64,000 nucleotides of DNA from an uncultured Bacteriovoracaceae bacterium (GTDB taxonomy: Bacteria > Bdellovibrionota > Bacteriovoracia > Bacteriovoracales > Bacteriovoracaceae): contig CAXGUD010000011.1 in NCBI GenBank assembly GCA_964012805.1, positions 1 through 64,000 of the forward strand. Direction: 5' to 3'. Under the pieces are notes generated by a model. The model was not told where the DNA came from. It saw nothing but the letters and a program-made list of their open reading frames with translations, and did no database searches. The position numbers and the translations under genes are program-made. Below are positions 22,546 to 31,855 of this stretch, piece after piece. The number at the start of each line of letters is the position of its first letter. The first letter of the stretch is position 1.

Positions 22546-23082
22546 ATGTCAAGAATAGGTAAGCAACCAATTGCGGTAGCAGATAAAGTAGAAGTAGTTA
22601 TAAACGGTTCCGATGTCAAAGTTAAAGGCCCAAAGGGTGAACTGACTTATAATTTCACTGACTATGTAAACATAACTAAAGAAGATAATTCTATTGTTGT
22701 AACACCTAAGGATGATTCTAATACATCTAGGGCTATGTGGGGCACCACTAGAACCGTGTTAAACAATATGGTCGTAGGAGTTGTCTCAGGATTTACAAAG
22801 TCTCTTGAGTATACTGGTGTCGGTTATAAGGCGAGTGTAAAAGGGGATTCCTTAGAACTTAACCTTGGTTATTCACACCCAATCCATTATAAATTGCCTA
22901 AAGGGATTTCAGCCAAGGTAGAAAAAAATGTTATTCATATCAGCGGTTGTAATAAAGAAATCGTAGGCCAAGTAGCTGCAAAAATAAGGTCCATGAGACC
23001 TCCTGAGCCTTATAAGGGTAAAGGAATTAAGTACACCACAGAAACTATTATCAGAAAAGCTGGTAAAACTGGTGGTAAATAA
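22546..23082 (+). CDS. rplF: 50S ribosomal protein L6
   Basis: MSRIGKQPI and RPPEPYKGKGI motifs. Confidence 0.99.
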   Translation: MSRIGKQPIAVADKVEVVINGSDVKVKGPKGELTYNFTDYVNITKEDNSIVVTPKDDSNTSRAMWGTTRTVLNNMVVGVVSGFTKSLEYTGVGYKASVKGDSLELNLGYSHPIHYKLPKGISAKVEKNVIHISGCNKEIVGQVAAKIRSMRPPEPYKGKGIKYTTETIIRKAGKTGGK

Positions 23083-23112
23083 GGCTTTTTAACAATTTAA
23101 GGAAAAATAAAA

Positions 23113-23490
23113 ATGAGGAAGCAACAAGGTAAAATTAAAAACCCTAAGCTAGCGAACAAATACCGAAGAAGACTGAGTTTACGTAATAAAATCTCAGGAA
23201 CAAGTGATCGCCCTAGGATTATGACTAGTAAAACATCGAAACATTTACGTGTAATTGTTGTAGATGATTCAACTCACAAAGTTTTGTTTAGTGTGCAGAC
23301 ATTTGGCAAAAGTTCTGACGGAGAGATTAAGAAAAACCTTGAAGGCGCTAAAAAAATTGGTGGAATTGTCGCAGGCAAGCTTAAAGATCAAAATATCGAA
23401 AAAGCTGTTTATGATAGGAATGGTTGTAAATTTAACGGTTTAGTTGCTGCAGTAGCTAATTCCATAAGAGAGAGCGGTATTCAAATTTAA
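23113..23490 (+). CDS. rplR: 50S ribosomal protein L18
   Basis: GTSDRPR and YDRNG...G.V..VA...RE.G pattern; between rplF and rpsE. Confidence 0.95.
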   Translation: MRKQQGKIKNPKLANKYRRRLSLRNKISGTSDRPRIMTSKTSKHLRVIVVDDSTHKVLFSVQTFGKSSDGEIKKNLEGAKKIGGIVAGKLKDQNIEKAVYDRNGCKFNGLVAAVANSIRESGIQI

Positions 23491-23500
23491 CTTGTTCTAG

Positions 23501-24082
23501 ATGGAGACAAAAATGGAAAACGTGGTTAAAGATAACAGCGAAAAAGTGGAAGATAAAAAGAATAAAAGAAATGCTCCCGCTAAAAGAAAAGCTACAACAA
23601 AACCTGAGCTTGAAGAAAGGGTTGTTGCTGTAAATCGAGTAGCTAAAGTTGTTAAAGGTGGTAGAAGATTTTCTTTTAGTGCTTTAATTATTGTTGGCGA
23701 TAAAAAAGGAAGAGTTGGCTTTGGTTTAGGAAAAGCTAAGGAAGTTCCAGAAGCGATAAGAAAGGGGACTCAGGCAGCAGAAAAAAATCTATTTAATATT
23801 CCAATAGACGCTGGAACAATTCCACACACAGTACTAGGTTGCTTTGATGCTGGAAAAATCCTTTTTAAACCAGCAGCAGAAGGTACTGGGGTAAAGGCAG
23901 CCGGTGCTTGTAGAAGTATTTTGGAACTCGCTGGAGTAAGGAACGTATTAACTAAATCACTACGTGGTAATAACCCACATAATGTAGTTAAGGCTACTTT
24001 CGACGCATTAAAGCAGCTTAGATCTGTTGAGGAAGTTGCTAAAGCTAGAGATATAGATGTAAAAGGTACCCGTATTAAATAA
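23501..24082 (+). CDS. rpsE: 30S ribosomal protein S5
   Basis: [17 protein letters not shown] motif. The start may be ATG 23513. Confidence 0.99.
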   Translation: METKMENVVKDNSEKVEDKKNKRNAPAKRKATTKPELEERVVAVNRVAKVVKGGRRFSFSALIIVGDKKGRVGFGLGKAKEVPEAIRKGTQAAEKNLFNIPIDAGTIPHTVLGCFDAGKILFKPAAEGTGVKAAGACRSILELAGVRNVLTKSLRGNNPHNVVKATFDALKQLRSVEEVAKARDIDVKGTRIK

Positions 24083-24100
24083 GAAAGCTTAGAGGAAATT

Positions 24101-24286
24101 ATGGCGCATTCAGATACTATAACTGTAAAGTTAAAAAAGAGCATGATTGGTAAAACCGATAAACAAAAGTCTACTGTTAGAGGTTTAGGATTAAAGGGTG
24201 TCGGTAGTGAAAAACAACTTGAAAATACTCCTTCAGTTAGGGGAATGATTAAGAAAGTAATTAATTTTCTTGAAATTAAAGAATAG
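24101..24286 (+). CDS. rpmD: 50S ribosomal protein L30
   Basis: KSMIG...GLGL...NTPSVRGMIKKV pattern. Confidence 0.97.
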   Translation: MAHSDTITVKLKKSMIGKTDKQKSTVRGLGLKGVGSEKQLENTPSVRGMIKKVINFLEIKE

Positions 24287-24305
24287 TCTTGTTGGTAGGT
24301 GATAT

Positions 24306-24770
24306 ATGTTAAAGCTAAACAATCTAAGTAGCCCCAAGGGCACACACAAAAATATTAAAAGAATTGGTAGAGGACAAGGTTCAGGTACTGGCACTCAAGC
24401 AGGAAAAGGACATAAAGGTCAAAAAGCCAGAGCTGGCGGCGGAGTTAGGCCTGGATTTGAAGGTGGCGGAGTTGCTCTTTACATGAAACTACCTAAGAGA
24501 GGTTTTAAGAACGCTCCTTTCAAAAAAGAATATGCTGTTTTAAACCTTTCCCAAATAGATAGAGCTTTCACAGAAGGTGAAGTTACAAGAGAGATGATTA
24601 TCTCTAAGGGCCTTTTGAAAGGAGAACTGAGAAGACTCCCAATTAAAATTTTAGGTATGGGAAACATAACTAAAAGTTTAGTCTTTAAAGGCATAGAAAA
24701 GTTTTCCAATTCTGCAAAGGAAGCAATTGCCAAAGTTGGTGGAACTATAGAAGATATTAAGAAAGCTTAA
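24306..24770 (+). CDS. rplO: 50S ribosomal protein L15
   Basis: RIGRGQGSGTG..GKGHKGQKAR and GFEGG motifs. Confidence 0.99.
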   Translation: MLKLNNLSSPKGTHKNIKRIGRGQGSGTGTQAGKGHKGQKARAGGGVRPGFEGGGVALYMKLPKRGFKNAPFKKEYAVLNLSQIDRAFTEGEVTREMIISKGLLKGELRRLPIKILGMGNITKSLVFKGIEKFSNSAKEAIAKVGGTIEDIKKA

Positions 24771-24796
24771 TATTAAAAGAGAAAGGAAGGTTGGTG

Positions 24797-26104
24797 ATGG
24801 CTTTAGCGCAAGGAAAGCTTGAAGAGCTTAAGAAGAAGATATTATTTACATTCCTTCTGTTGATAGTATTTAGAATGGCGGCTCAGGTCCCAGTGCCAGG
24901 TGTAGATGCAACAGCCTTAAAAAGTTATTTTAGTGAAGGTGGCGCAGGCATCTTTGATTTGATTAACACATTCAGTGGTGGTGCATTTAAAAGATTCTCT
25001 GTTTTAGCTTTGGGTATAATGCCATATATTACTACTTCTATTATATTCAGCCTCCTTGGAGAAGTAGTCCCTCAAATTCAAGAGTTACAAGAAGATAGTG
25101 AAGGTCATAAAAAAATTCAAAAATGGACACGTTATGCAACTGTAATTTTGTGTTGTGTTCAAGGGTATGGAATGGCTGCAATGTTCGAAAGCCTAAAAAG
25201 CCCAGCAGGAATGCCGATCATTCCTGAACCCGGAATGTTATTTAGGCTTACTACTATGATTACTCTAGCTGCTGGCACGATGTTTCTTATGTGGCTAGGT
25301 GAGAGAATAACGGAGTACGGCTTAGAAAATGGTGTTTCATTAATTATTTTCGCTGGTATCGCAGTTGCATTACCTTCTGAACTTATTCAAAAAATGGACT
25401 TATACCGTAGTGGGGAACTTAAGGGAATAGAGTTAATGATGATTGTTTTCGTCATTTTTGCTTCCTTCTATGTGGTTGCTTTTATAGAAAGGTCCTTTAG
25501 GAGTGTTCCTGTTCAATATGCCAAAAAGGTGATTCATAATCGTGTATATGGTGGGACCCAAACATTACCAGTTAGAGTGGATACAGGCGGTGTTATGCCT
25601 CCAATTTTAGCGTCATCCCTACTTGCTGCACCAGCGACGTTCGCAAACTTTATTACAGATGAAAGGATTAAACCTTACATAAGCTCCATTGTTGATTCGT
25701 TACAGCCAGGGAGATTACTTTTTAACTTATTTTTTGCAGCTTTAATTGTATATATGGCTTATTTTTATGCACCTATACAATTCAAAACTAAAAAAGTTTC
25801 TGAGATGTTGCAAAAAAACAACGCCTTTATTCCCGGTGTAAGACCTGGTGCTAAAACCAAAGAGTTTTTAGATTTCATACTAAATAGGTTAACCTTCTTC
25901 GGTGCTTTATTTTTAGTCGTGATTTGTATCTTCCCTTCTATGATAACAGGCCAAGCCACTAACTTCGGTGGAACAGCAATGCTTATCTTGGTAAGTGTTT
26001 CTATTAGGGTAATGATGAATGTCCAGTCATTCTTGTATGCGGATAAACTTGAATCAGCTTATAAGTCTAAAGGTAAATACAACGGCACAAAAAGAAGGTT
26101 TTAA
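24797..26104 (+). CDS. secY: Preprotein translocase subunit SecY
   Basis: ALGIMPYITTSII, WLGERITEYG and FIPGVRPG motifs; multiple TM helices. Confidence 0.99.
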   Translation: MALAQGKLEELKKKILFTFLLLIVFRMAAQVPVPGVDATALKSYFSEGGAGIFDLINTFSGGAFKRFSVLALGIMPYITTSIIFSLLGEVVPQIQELQEDSEGHKKIQKWTRYATVILCCVQGYGMAAMFESLKSPAGMPIIPEPGMLFRLTTMITLAAGTMFLMWLGERITEYGLENGVSLIIFAGIAVALPSELIQKMDLYRSGELKGIELMMIVFVIFASFYVVAFIERSFRSVPVQYAKKVIHNRVYGGTQTLPVRVDTGGVMPPILASSLLAAPATFANFITDERIKPYISSIVDSLQPGRLLFNLFFAALIVYMAYFYAPIQFKTKKVSEMLQKNNAFIPGVRPGAKTKEFLDFILNRLTFFGALFLVVICIFPSMITGQATNFGGTAMLILVSVSIRVMMNVQSFLYADKLESAYKSKGKYNGTKRRF

Positions 26105-26107
26105 CTT

Positions 26108-26743
26108 ATGCATTTGGTATTTTTGGGCGCTCCGGGGTCTGGGAAAGGCACTCAAGCGTCACTTTTGGTAAAAGAACTAGGTTATTCTCACGTTTCTACG
26201 GGGGATCTCCTAAGAAATGAGATAAAAAAAGGTAGTACTCTAGGTAATAAAGTTTCAGATGTAATTAAATCTGGAAAACTTGTAGATGACTCCCTTGTGC
26301 TTGAACTACTCAAAGCAAATTGTGATTTATCAAACAATAAGTACATTTTTGATGGGTTTCCTAGAAATATTGAGCAGGCTAAAGCCTTAGAGAGTGAAAT
26401 TTTATCATCGCACTTTAGCCGTGCAATTTACTTTGAGCTTGATCTTGGAGTGCTTAAAGAGCGTTTGATAAATCGGCGTATGTGTAAAGACTGTGGTGAC
26501 ATTTATAACCTAATTTCAAAAAGCCCTTCGGTTCCAGGGAAATGTGACTCCTGTGGCTCAAGTAATCTTTACCAGAGAGATGATGATAAAGAAGAGACTG
26601 TAGGTAAAAGATTAGATGTTTTTAAAGAAACTATAGACCCAGTTCTTGAATTTTATAAAGAAACAGACAGACTTTTTGTTGTTGATGCGTCGCATGAGTC
26701 AGCTTCAGTCTTTAAAGCGATTGAGAAGGCAGTTAAGCCTTAA
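26108..26743 (+). CDS. adk: Adenylate kinase (zinc-lid type)
   Basis: GAPGSGKGTQ, STGDLLR and DGFPR motifs; lid CKDC...CDSC. Confidence 0.98.
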   Translation: MHLVFLGAPGSGKGTQASLLVKELGYSHVSTGDLLRNEIKKGSTLGNKVSDVIKSGKLVDDSLVLELLKANCDLSNNKYIFDGFPRNIEQAKALESEILSSHFSRAIYFELDLGVLKERLINRRMCKDCGDIYNLISKSPSVPGKCDSCGSSNLYQRDDDKEETVGKRLDVFKETIDPVLEFYKETDRLFVVDASHESASVFKAIEKAVKP

Positions 26744-26829
26744 AAAAATTGGTTTTAAAAGATTTAACACTTGCATTATTACAAGTGCTTATATATTAAA
26801 TCAATCTAAAACTTATAGGTAGACTTATA

Positions 26830-27057
26830 ATGGGCAACTCGAAAGATATTATAGAGGTAGAGGGGGAAGTTACAGAACTACTTCCTAATACTAAATTCAA
26901 GGTTAAATTACCAAATGGTAAGGATATTATAGCTCATATATCTGGAAAGATGAGAATGCACTTTATAAAAATACTTCCTGGTGACAAGGTATTAGTAGAA
27001 ATTAGTCGTTATGATTTAAGCAAGGGAAGAATAACGTATAGAAGTAAAGGTAGATAA
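26830..27057 (+). CDS. infA: Translation initiation factor IF-1
   Basis: [20 protein letters not shown] motif. Confidence 0.99.
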   Translation: MGNSKDIIEVEGEVTELLPNTKFKVKLPNGKDIIAHISGKMRMHFIKILPGDKVLVEISRYDLSKGRITYRSKGR

Positions 27058-27059
27058 AA

Positions 27060-27176
27060 ATGAAAGTAAGAGCAAGCGTCAAGCCAATCTGTAAAGATTG
27101 TAAAGTCGTAAAAAGAAAAAATGTGATTAGAGTAGTTTGTAAAACAAGTCCAAAACATAAGCAGAGACAAGGTTAA
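27060..27176 (+). CDS. rpmJ: 50S ribosomal protein L36, zinc-ribbon type (not in the ORF track)
   Basis: Manual translation: [38 protein letters not shown] (38 aa). Confidence 0.98.
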   Translation: MKVRASVKPICKDCKVVKRKNVIRVVCKTSPKHKQRQG

Positions 27177-27201
27177 TTAGTTCGTCCTGAGGAGATAAAA
27201 A

Positions 27202-27588
27202 ATGGCTCGAATTCTTGGTGTTGATATTCCTCGAAATAAAATCATGGAGATCGCAATTCAATCACTATATGGTGTAGGTCCCTCTATAGCTAAAGAAGTG
27301 TTAGTTAAGGCTCAAATTGATTTGAAGAAATCCTCAAATGATTTGACTGAGGAAGAAGTTCAACGCATTAGAAAGTTTCTTGAAGAAGATTATACGGTAG
27401 AAGGTGACTTAAGAAGAGAAGTTGGTTTAAACATTAAAAGGCTTAAGGACTTAGGTTGCTATAGAGGAATCAGACACAGAAGAGGACTGCCCGTAAGAGG
27501 CCAAAGGACTTCCACGAATGCTAGAACACGTAAAGGTCCTGCTGTTGCTATCGCTGGTAAAAAATCAATTAAACAAATGAAGGGCTAG
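27202..27588 (+). CDS. rpsM: 30S ribosomal protein S13
   Basis: [17 protein letters not shown] motif. Confidence 0.99.
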   Translation: MARILGVDIPRNKIMEIAIQSLYGVGPSIAKEVLVKAQIDLKKSSNDLTEEEVQRIRKFLEEDYTVEGDLRREVGLNIKRLKDLGCYRGIRHRRGLPVRGQRTSTNARTRKGPAVAIAGKKSIKQMKG

Positions 27589-27623
27589 TTTTTATAATTA
27601 GTGACGTTGATTAGGAAAAATTC

Positions 27624-28007
27624 ATGGCAAAAAAAGTAAGTAAGAAAAAAGTTAAGAAGAATATAACACATGGTATATGCCATATTCAGGCTTCTTTTAA
27701 TAACACTATTGTAACTTTCACTGATCCAGCAGGAAAAGCTATAGCTTGGGCTAGTGCTGGACAGTTAGGCTTTCGTGGATCTAAAAAGTCTACTCCATTT
27801 GCTGCTCAAATGGCTTCCTCAGAAGCTGCTAAAAAGGCTGTAGAGCATGGTCTAAGCAGTGTAGAGGTTAGAGTAAAAGGACCAGGCGCAGGGCGTGAGA
27901 ACGCTATTAGAGCCCTTATAGGTCTAGGTATTAAAATAACTTCAGTTGCTGATAAGAGTCCTATTCCCCATAATGGTTGCCGGGCTCCAAAAAGAAGAAG
28001 GGTTTAG
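27624..28007 (+). CDS. rpsK: 30S ribosomal protein S11
   Basis: [17 protein letters not shown] and PIPHNGCR motifs. Confidence 0.99.
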   Translation: MAKKVSKKKVKKNITHGICHIQASFNNTIVTFTDPAGKAIAWASAGQLGFRGSKKSTPFAAQMASSEAAKKAVEHGLSSVEVRVKGPGAGRENAIRALIGLGIKITSVADKSPIPHNGCRAPKRRRV

Positions 28008-28114
28008 GAATACTGCATAAAAAAACTACTTTTCTTTTGAGCATGCTCCATTATAGTATTTAATCGTATGTAGAATGGAATGCCCTTAAGTACTTAGTAT
28101 CCTTGGAGAATGAT

Positions 28115-29149
28115 ATGAATAGATTTGTCGCCAAAAACTGGACGAGCATGATTAGACCTGTTGCGCTAGAGGTCGATATAGACTCAGCAAAAAGTAACTA
28201 TGGAAAGTTTGTTGCTAAACCTCTTGAAAGAGGCTACGGCCAGACTTTGGGCAACTCTTTGCGTAGAGCTTTGTTGTCATCCTTACAAGGAGGGGGCATC
28301 GTCGCCATACGTGTAGAAGGTGTGACCCATGAATTTGGCACTATAAATAATGTTAAAGAAGAAGTTTCTGAAATTATCCTTAACTTGAAGGAAGTTAGGT
28401 TTAAGTTGACAGGAAATGAAGAAGTAAACCTTGTACTTGAAAAAAATGAAGAGGGTGTTGTTAAAGCTAGCGATATAGCTGAGGTTAATAATGTTCAAAT
28501 CTTGAATAAAGAACATGTTATTGCCAATATTTCTTCAGGTGGATCTTTACGAATAGAGATAAAGGTAGCTCGTGGAAAAGGTTATGTTACCGCCTCAGAA
28601 AATCAAGAGAAGTACGAATTGCCTGTTGGCTGGATTTTTATAGACACTTTATTTTCTCCTATTCATAGAGTTAACTATACTGTTACCAACAGTCGTGTAG
28701 GTAAAAGAACAGATTTTGATAAGTTAACTTTAGAGGTTTGGACTAACTCAGGTATTGAGCCATCAGATGCTGTAGCATATTCCGCTAAAATCTTGAGAGA
28801 TCAACTTGCAGTCTTCCTCAACTTTGAAGACGAAGAAGAGGTTCATCGCATAGAGTCTAAAGTTTCTCAGTCGGCACCAGTAACTAATAATGCACTTTTG
28901 AAGCCAGTATCAGAACTTGAGTTATCTGTTAGGTCCGCAAATTGTCTTCAAAACGCTAATATAAAATATATCTACGAGTTAGTTTCAAAAACAGAAGGTG
29001 AAATGCTCAGGACAAAAAACTTTGGTAGGAAATCTCTCAATGAAATAAAAGAGATTCTTACTTCTATGGGACTTGGCCTTGGGATGAAAGTTGATTCAAT
29101 AATGAAAGAGGTTCAAGAGAGTCAAAAAGCAGACAGCAATCAATCTTGA
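28115..29149 (+). CDS. rpoA: DNA-directed RNA polymerase alpha subunit
   Basis: [33 protein letters not shown] and [10 protein letters not shown] motifs; ATG 28115 follows GGAG. Confidence 0.99.
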   Translation: MNRFVAKNWTSMIRPVALEVDIDSAKSNYGKFVAKPLERGYGQTLGNSLRRALLSSLQGGGIVAIRVEGVTHEFGTINNVKEEVSEIILNLKEVRFKLTGNEEVNLVLEKNEEGVVKASDIAEVNNVQILNKEHVIANISSGGSLRIEIKVARGKGYVTASENQEKYELPVGWIFIDTLFSPIHRVNYTVTNSRVGKRTDFDKLTLEVWTNSGIEPSDAVAYSAKILRDQLAVFLNFEDEEEVHRIESKVSQSAPVTNNALLKPVSELELSVRSANCLQNANIKYIYELVSKTEGEMLRTKNFGRKSLNEIKEILTSMGLGLGMKVDSIMKEVQESQKADSNQS

Positions 29150-29180
29150 ACAACAAAAATGTGAATTCGGAGTAAATGAT

Positions 29181-29534
29181 ATGAGACATAAAAAACATAA
29201 ATATAAAATCGGTTCTAACCCTACACATAGACAGGCTATAATTAAAGGCTTAGCACTTGATATAATCACTCATGGAAAAGTTAAGACTACTCATGCAAAG
29301 TGTAAAGCTGTACAGCCGTACCTTGAAAAGCTGATTACAATAGCTAAGAATGACAGTGTTGCTAATAGAAGACTTGTATCTTCTAGACTACCAAAAAAAG
29401 ATGTTGTTAAAAAACTCTTTTCTGAAGTAAGCCCAAAATATAAAGAAAGAAAAGGTGGCTATACGAGAGTTGTTAAGCTTGCTGATGGCCGAGTGGGTGA
29501 TAATGCTGAAATGAGTTACATAATGCTAGTTTAA
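29181..29534 (+). CDS. rplQ: 50S ribosomal protein L17
   Basis: MRH start; R.GGYTRVVK...R.GDNAEM motif. Confidence 0.98.
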   Translation: MRHKKHKYKIGSNPTHRQAIIKGLALDIITHGKVKTTHAKCKAVQPYLEKLITIAKNDSVANRRLVSSRLPKKDVVKKLFSEVSPKYKERKGGYTRVVKLADGRVGDNAEMSYIMLV

Positions 29535-29535
29535 T

Positions 29536-30108
29536 ATGAAGTTTACGGGCAATGTTACATTTAAATTATTAATATTCATTTTTATTTTAAGTGGTACTTT
29601 GTCCTACTCTTTTTATCTTAAAAAAAGCTTCTCTAATTTAGAGGAGCATAATTTAAAACCTATCCTTAAAATTATTCCAGATATAGAAATAGTTGATAGT
29701 TTAACTAAGAAAAAGATTAATTTGAAAAAAGAATCCATTGAGAATCAAAACGGATCCTTTGTTCATTTCTGGGGTACTTGGTGTGGACCTTGTGAAGAAG
29801 AATTGCCATCATTTATTGAATTGAGTAAAAAGTTTCAGAAATCGGGTGAAACATTCTTTTTGGTTGCTGTTAATGATAATAAAAAGGACCTTAAAAAGTT
29901 CTTAAAAAGATTTAAGTCCTTGCCCACGAATATTAAGATTCTATTGGATAATTCAGGTACCTTAATGAGCTCATTTGGAGTTGTTAAAGTTCCAGAAACG
30001 TTTATTTTTGATAATAAGGGACGGTCTTTAAAGAAGTTTTCAGGACCTCAAGACTGGAGTTACTCTTATTACTTTAAAACAATAAACGACCTATTTAGAG
30101 ATTCATAA
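29536..30108 (+). CDS. TlpA/ResA-family membrane-anchored thiol-disulfide oxidoreductase
   Basis: N-terminal TM, FWGTWCGPC active site, cis-Pro motif VPETFIFD. Confidence 0.88.
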   Translation: MKFTGNVTFKLLIFIFILSGTLSYSFYLKKSFSNLEEHNLKPILKIIPDIEIVDSLTKKKINLKKESIENQNGSFVHFWGTWCGPCEEELPSFIELSKKFQKSGETFFLVAVNDNKKDLKKFLKRFKSLPTNIKILLDNSGTLMSSFGVVKVPETFIFDNKGRSLKKFSGPQDWSYSYYFKTINDLFRDS

Positions 30109-30179
30109 ACCTATTTCTAATATTTCCTTTTTTTAATCCGATTAAACACAAGAGGTCCTTCTTTAGTTATGGGGATAAT

Positions 30180-31745
30180 TTGAACTGGCAAGATTTAAAC
30201 AGACTCCATGTGGTGTCTAATTTAAAAAAAATACTGGGGAAGTGGTATTCCTTAGATTGTATTTTCCTTGATGAAAAGGGGAGAGTTAAAACCAACTTCT
30301 TAGAAGATAGTTATTTCTTGTATAGTGACTTTTTTATTAGTCAAATCGGGTCTGCAGAGGGTCGCGAAAACTTTAATTCTGATTTAGAAAAAGTTCACGA
30401 CTCACTATTGCAATCGGAAGAAGAAATGCTAATTTATCCCTCAAGTTTTGCAAATGTTAACTTTGTATGTTGCAAACTTATTTATGAGAATAAACTGGTG
30501 GGCTCAGTTATTGGCTACCCTTTTGTTTTTAATAATAAAGTAGATGACCTTGACTCAATAATTAAAAGTTTATTGACCCAATGGAAAGTTGATGTAATTC
30601 AAATACAAAAAACCATTACTTCTCTTAAGGTGTCCGATAATAATTTAGAATACTTAAAAGATTTGATTAGCCTCGTTTCCCAAGAGATAATTACTTTTCA
30701 CAATGAAATCAATACTAGGGAAGAAAGAATAAAAGATCTAAGCTCAGAGCTAGGTAGTCGATTTAGATTCCATACTATGATCGGTAAATCAGCAAAAATG
30801 AAAAAAATTTATAGGCTCCTTGAAAAAGTTTCTTCTTCAGATGCAAGTGTTTTTATACAGGGTGAAAATGGTACAGGTAAAGAGCTTGTTGCTAGGGCAG
30901 TACATTATTTTTCTGCTAGAAAAGATAACATGTTTCTTGCCGTAAATTGTTCAGCTTTTAATGAAAACCTTTTAGACTCGGAGTTATTTGGATATGAAAA
31001 AGGAGCTTTTACTGGTGCAAATAAGACTAAAAAAGGACTTTTTGAAGCCGCAGATGGGGGCACCCTTTTTTTAGATGAAATAGGCGATACGAGCCTAAGC
31101 ATGCAGGTAAAATTATTGAGAGTTCTTCAAGAAGGAACCTTCCTCCCTGTTGGTAGTGTTACCCCAAAGAAGACAAATGTGAGAATTATAGCTGCTACTA
31201 ACAAAAATATAAAAGAAATGATGATTGAAGGAAGCTTTAGGGAAGATTTGTTTTATAGGGTTAATGTTATAAATATTTCTATTCCTTCTTTAAGAGAAAG
31301 GAAAGAAGACATTAGTTTGCTTATAGACCACTTTCTTAGCGTTAAATGTGGTGAGATTGGTAAAGTGATTAAAGTTCTTTCTTCAGCTTGTTTAGAAAAA
31401 ATATTAAATTACTCTTGGCCAGGAAATGTAAGACAACTGGAAAATGAAGTTGAGAGATTAGTGGTATTATCTGGCGATAATAAGATTGTTACACCTGATT
31501 TGCTAAGTCCAACAATCCTTGAGTTTGGAAGTAAAATTGATAGTGATAAAGAGTTGGTTAACCTGAATGGAAAGTTGAAAGATGCACTGGAAGAAGTTGA
31601 AATTTTAATGATTAGGGAAGGGTTACAAAGGTGTGGATTTAATAAAACAAAACTTTCGAAGGAGCTAGGAATAAGTAGAGCAAGCCTTATTTCAAAAGTA
31701 GAAAAATACGGCTTAGATAAAAGAAAAAAGCCTGAAGCTGCTTAG
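30180..31745 (+). CDS. Sigma54-dependent enhancer-binding protein with an N-terminal sensory domain (PocR-like)
   Basis: Walker A GENGTGKE, GAFTGA loop, LFLDEIG, WPGNVRQLEN and a C-terminal Fis-type HTH. The N-terminal ~190 aa is not a receiver domain; the PocR assignment is tentative. TTG start. Confidence 0.9.
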   Translation: MNWQDLNRLHVVSNLKKILGKWYSLDCIFLDEKGRVKTNFLEDSYFLYSDFFISQIGSAEGRENFNSDLEKVHDSLLQSEEEMLIYPSSFANVNFVCCKLIYENKLVGSVIGYPFVFNNKVDDLDSIIKSLLTQWKVDVIQIQKTITSLKVSDNNLEYLKDLISLVSQEIITFHNEINTREERIKDLSSELGSRFRFHTMIGKSAKMKKIYRLLEKVSSSDASVFIQGENGTGKELVARAVHYFSARKDNMFLAVNCSAFNENLLDSELFGYEKGAFTGANKTKKGLFEAADGGTLFLDEIGDTSLSMQVKLLRVLQEGTFLPVGSVTPKKTNVRIIAATNKNIKEMMIEGSFREDLFYRVNVINISIPSLRERKEDISLLIDHFLSVKCGEIGKVIKVLSSACLEKILNYSWPGNVRQLENEVERLVVLSGDNKIVTPDLLSPTILEFGSKIDSDKELVNLNGKLKDALEEVEILMIREGLQRCGFNKTKLSKELGISRASLISKVEKYGLDKRKKPEAA

Positions 31746-31801
31746 CATATGTGTCTTAAATTTTTTTCTTTTCTAATTTACCTTTTTTAATTCAAAAAAA
31801 A

Positions 31802-31830
31802 TTAGACCTCTTTTGAAACTCCGGTATAAT
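31802..31830 (+). promoter_or_regulatory. Putative sigma70 promoter of the acyl-CoA carboxylase/hflKC operon
   Basis: TAGACC-N16-TATAAT, about 25 nt upstream of ATG 31856. Confidence 0.55.
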
Positions 31831-31855
31831 GCTATCCAATTTAATTGGAGGGCTA

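Noticed and set aside
23770..24345. 191-aa minus-strand ORF and many other short antisense or out-of-frame ORFs in the track
   Set aside because: They fully overlap well-supported conserved genes and have no recognisable motifs or RBS, so they are shadow frames.
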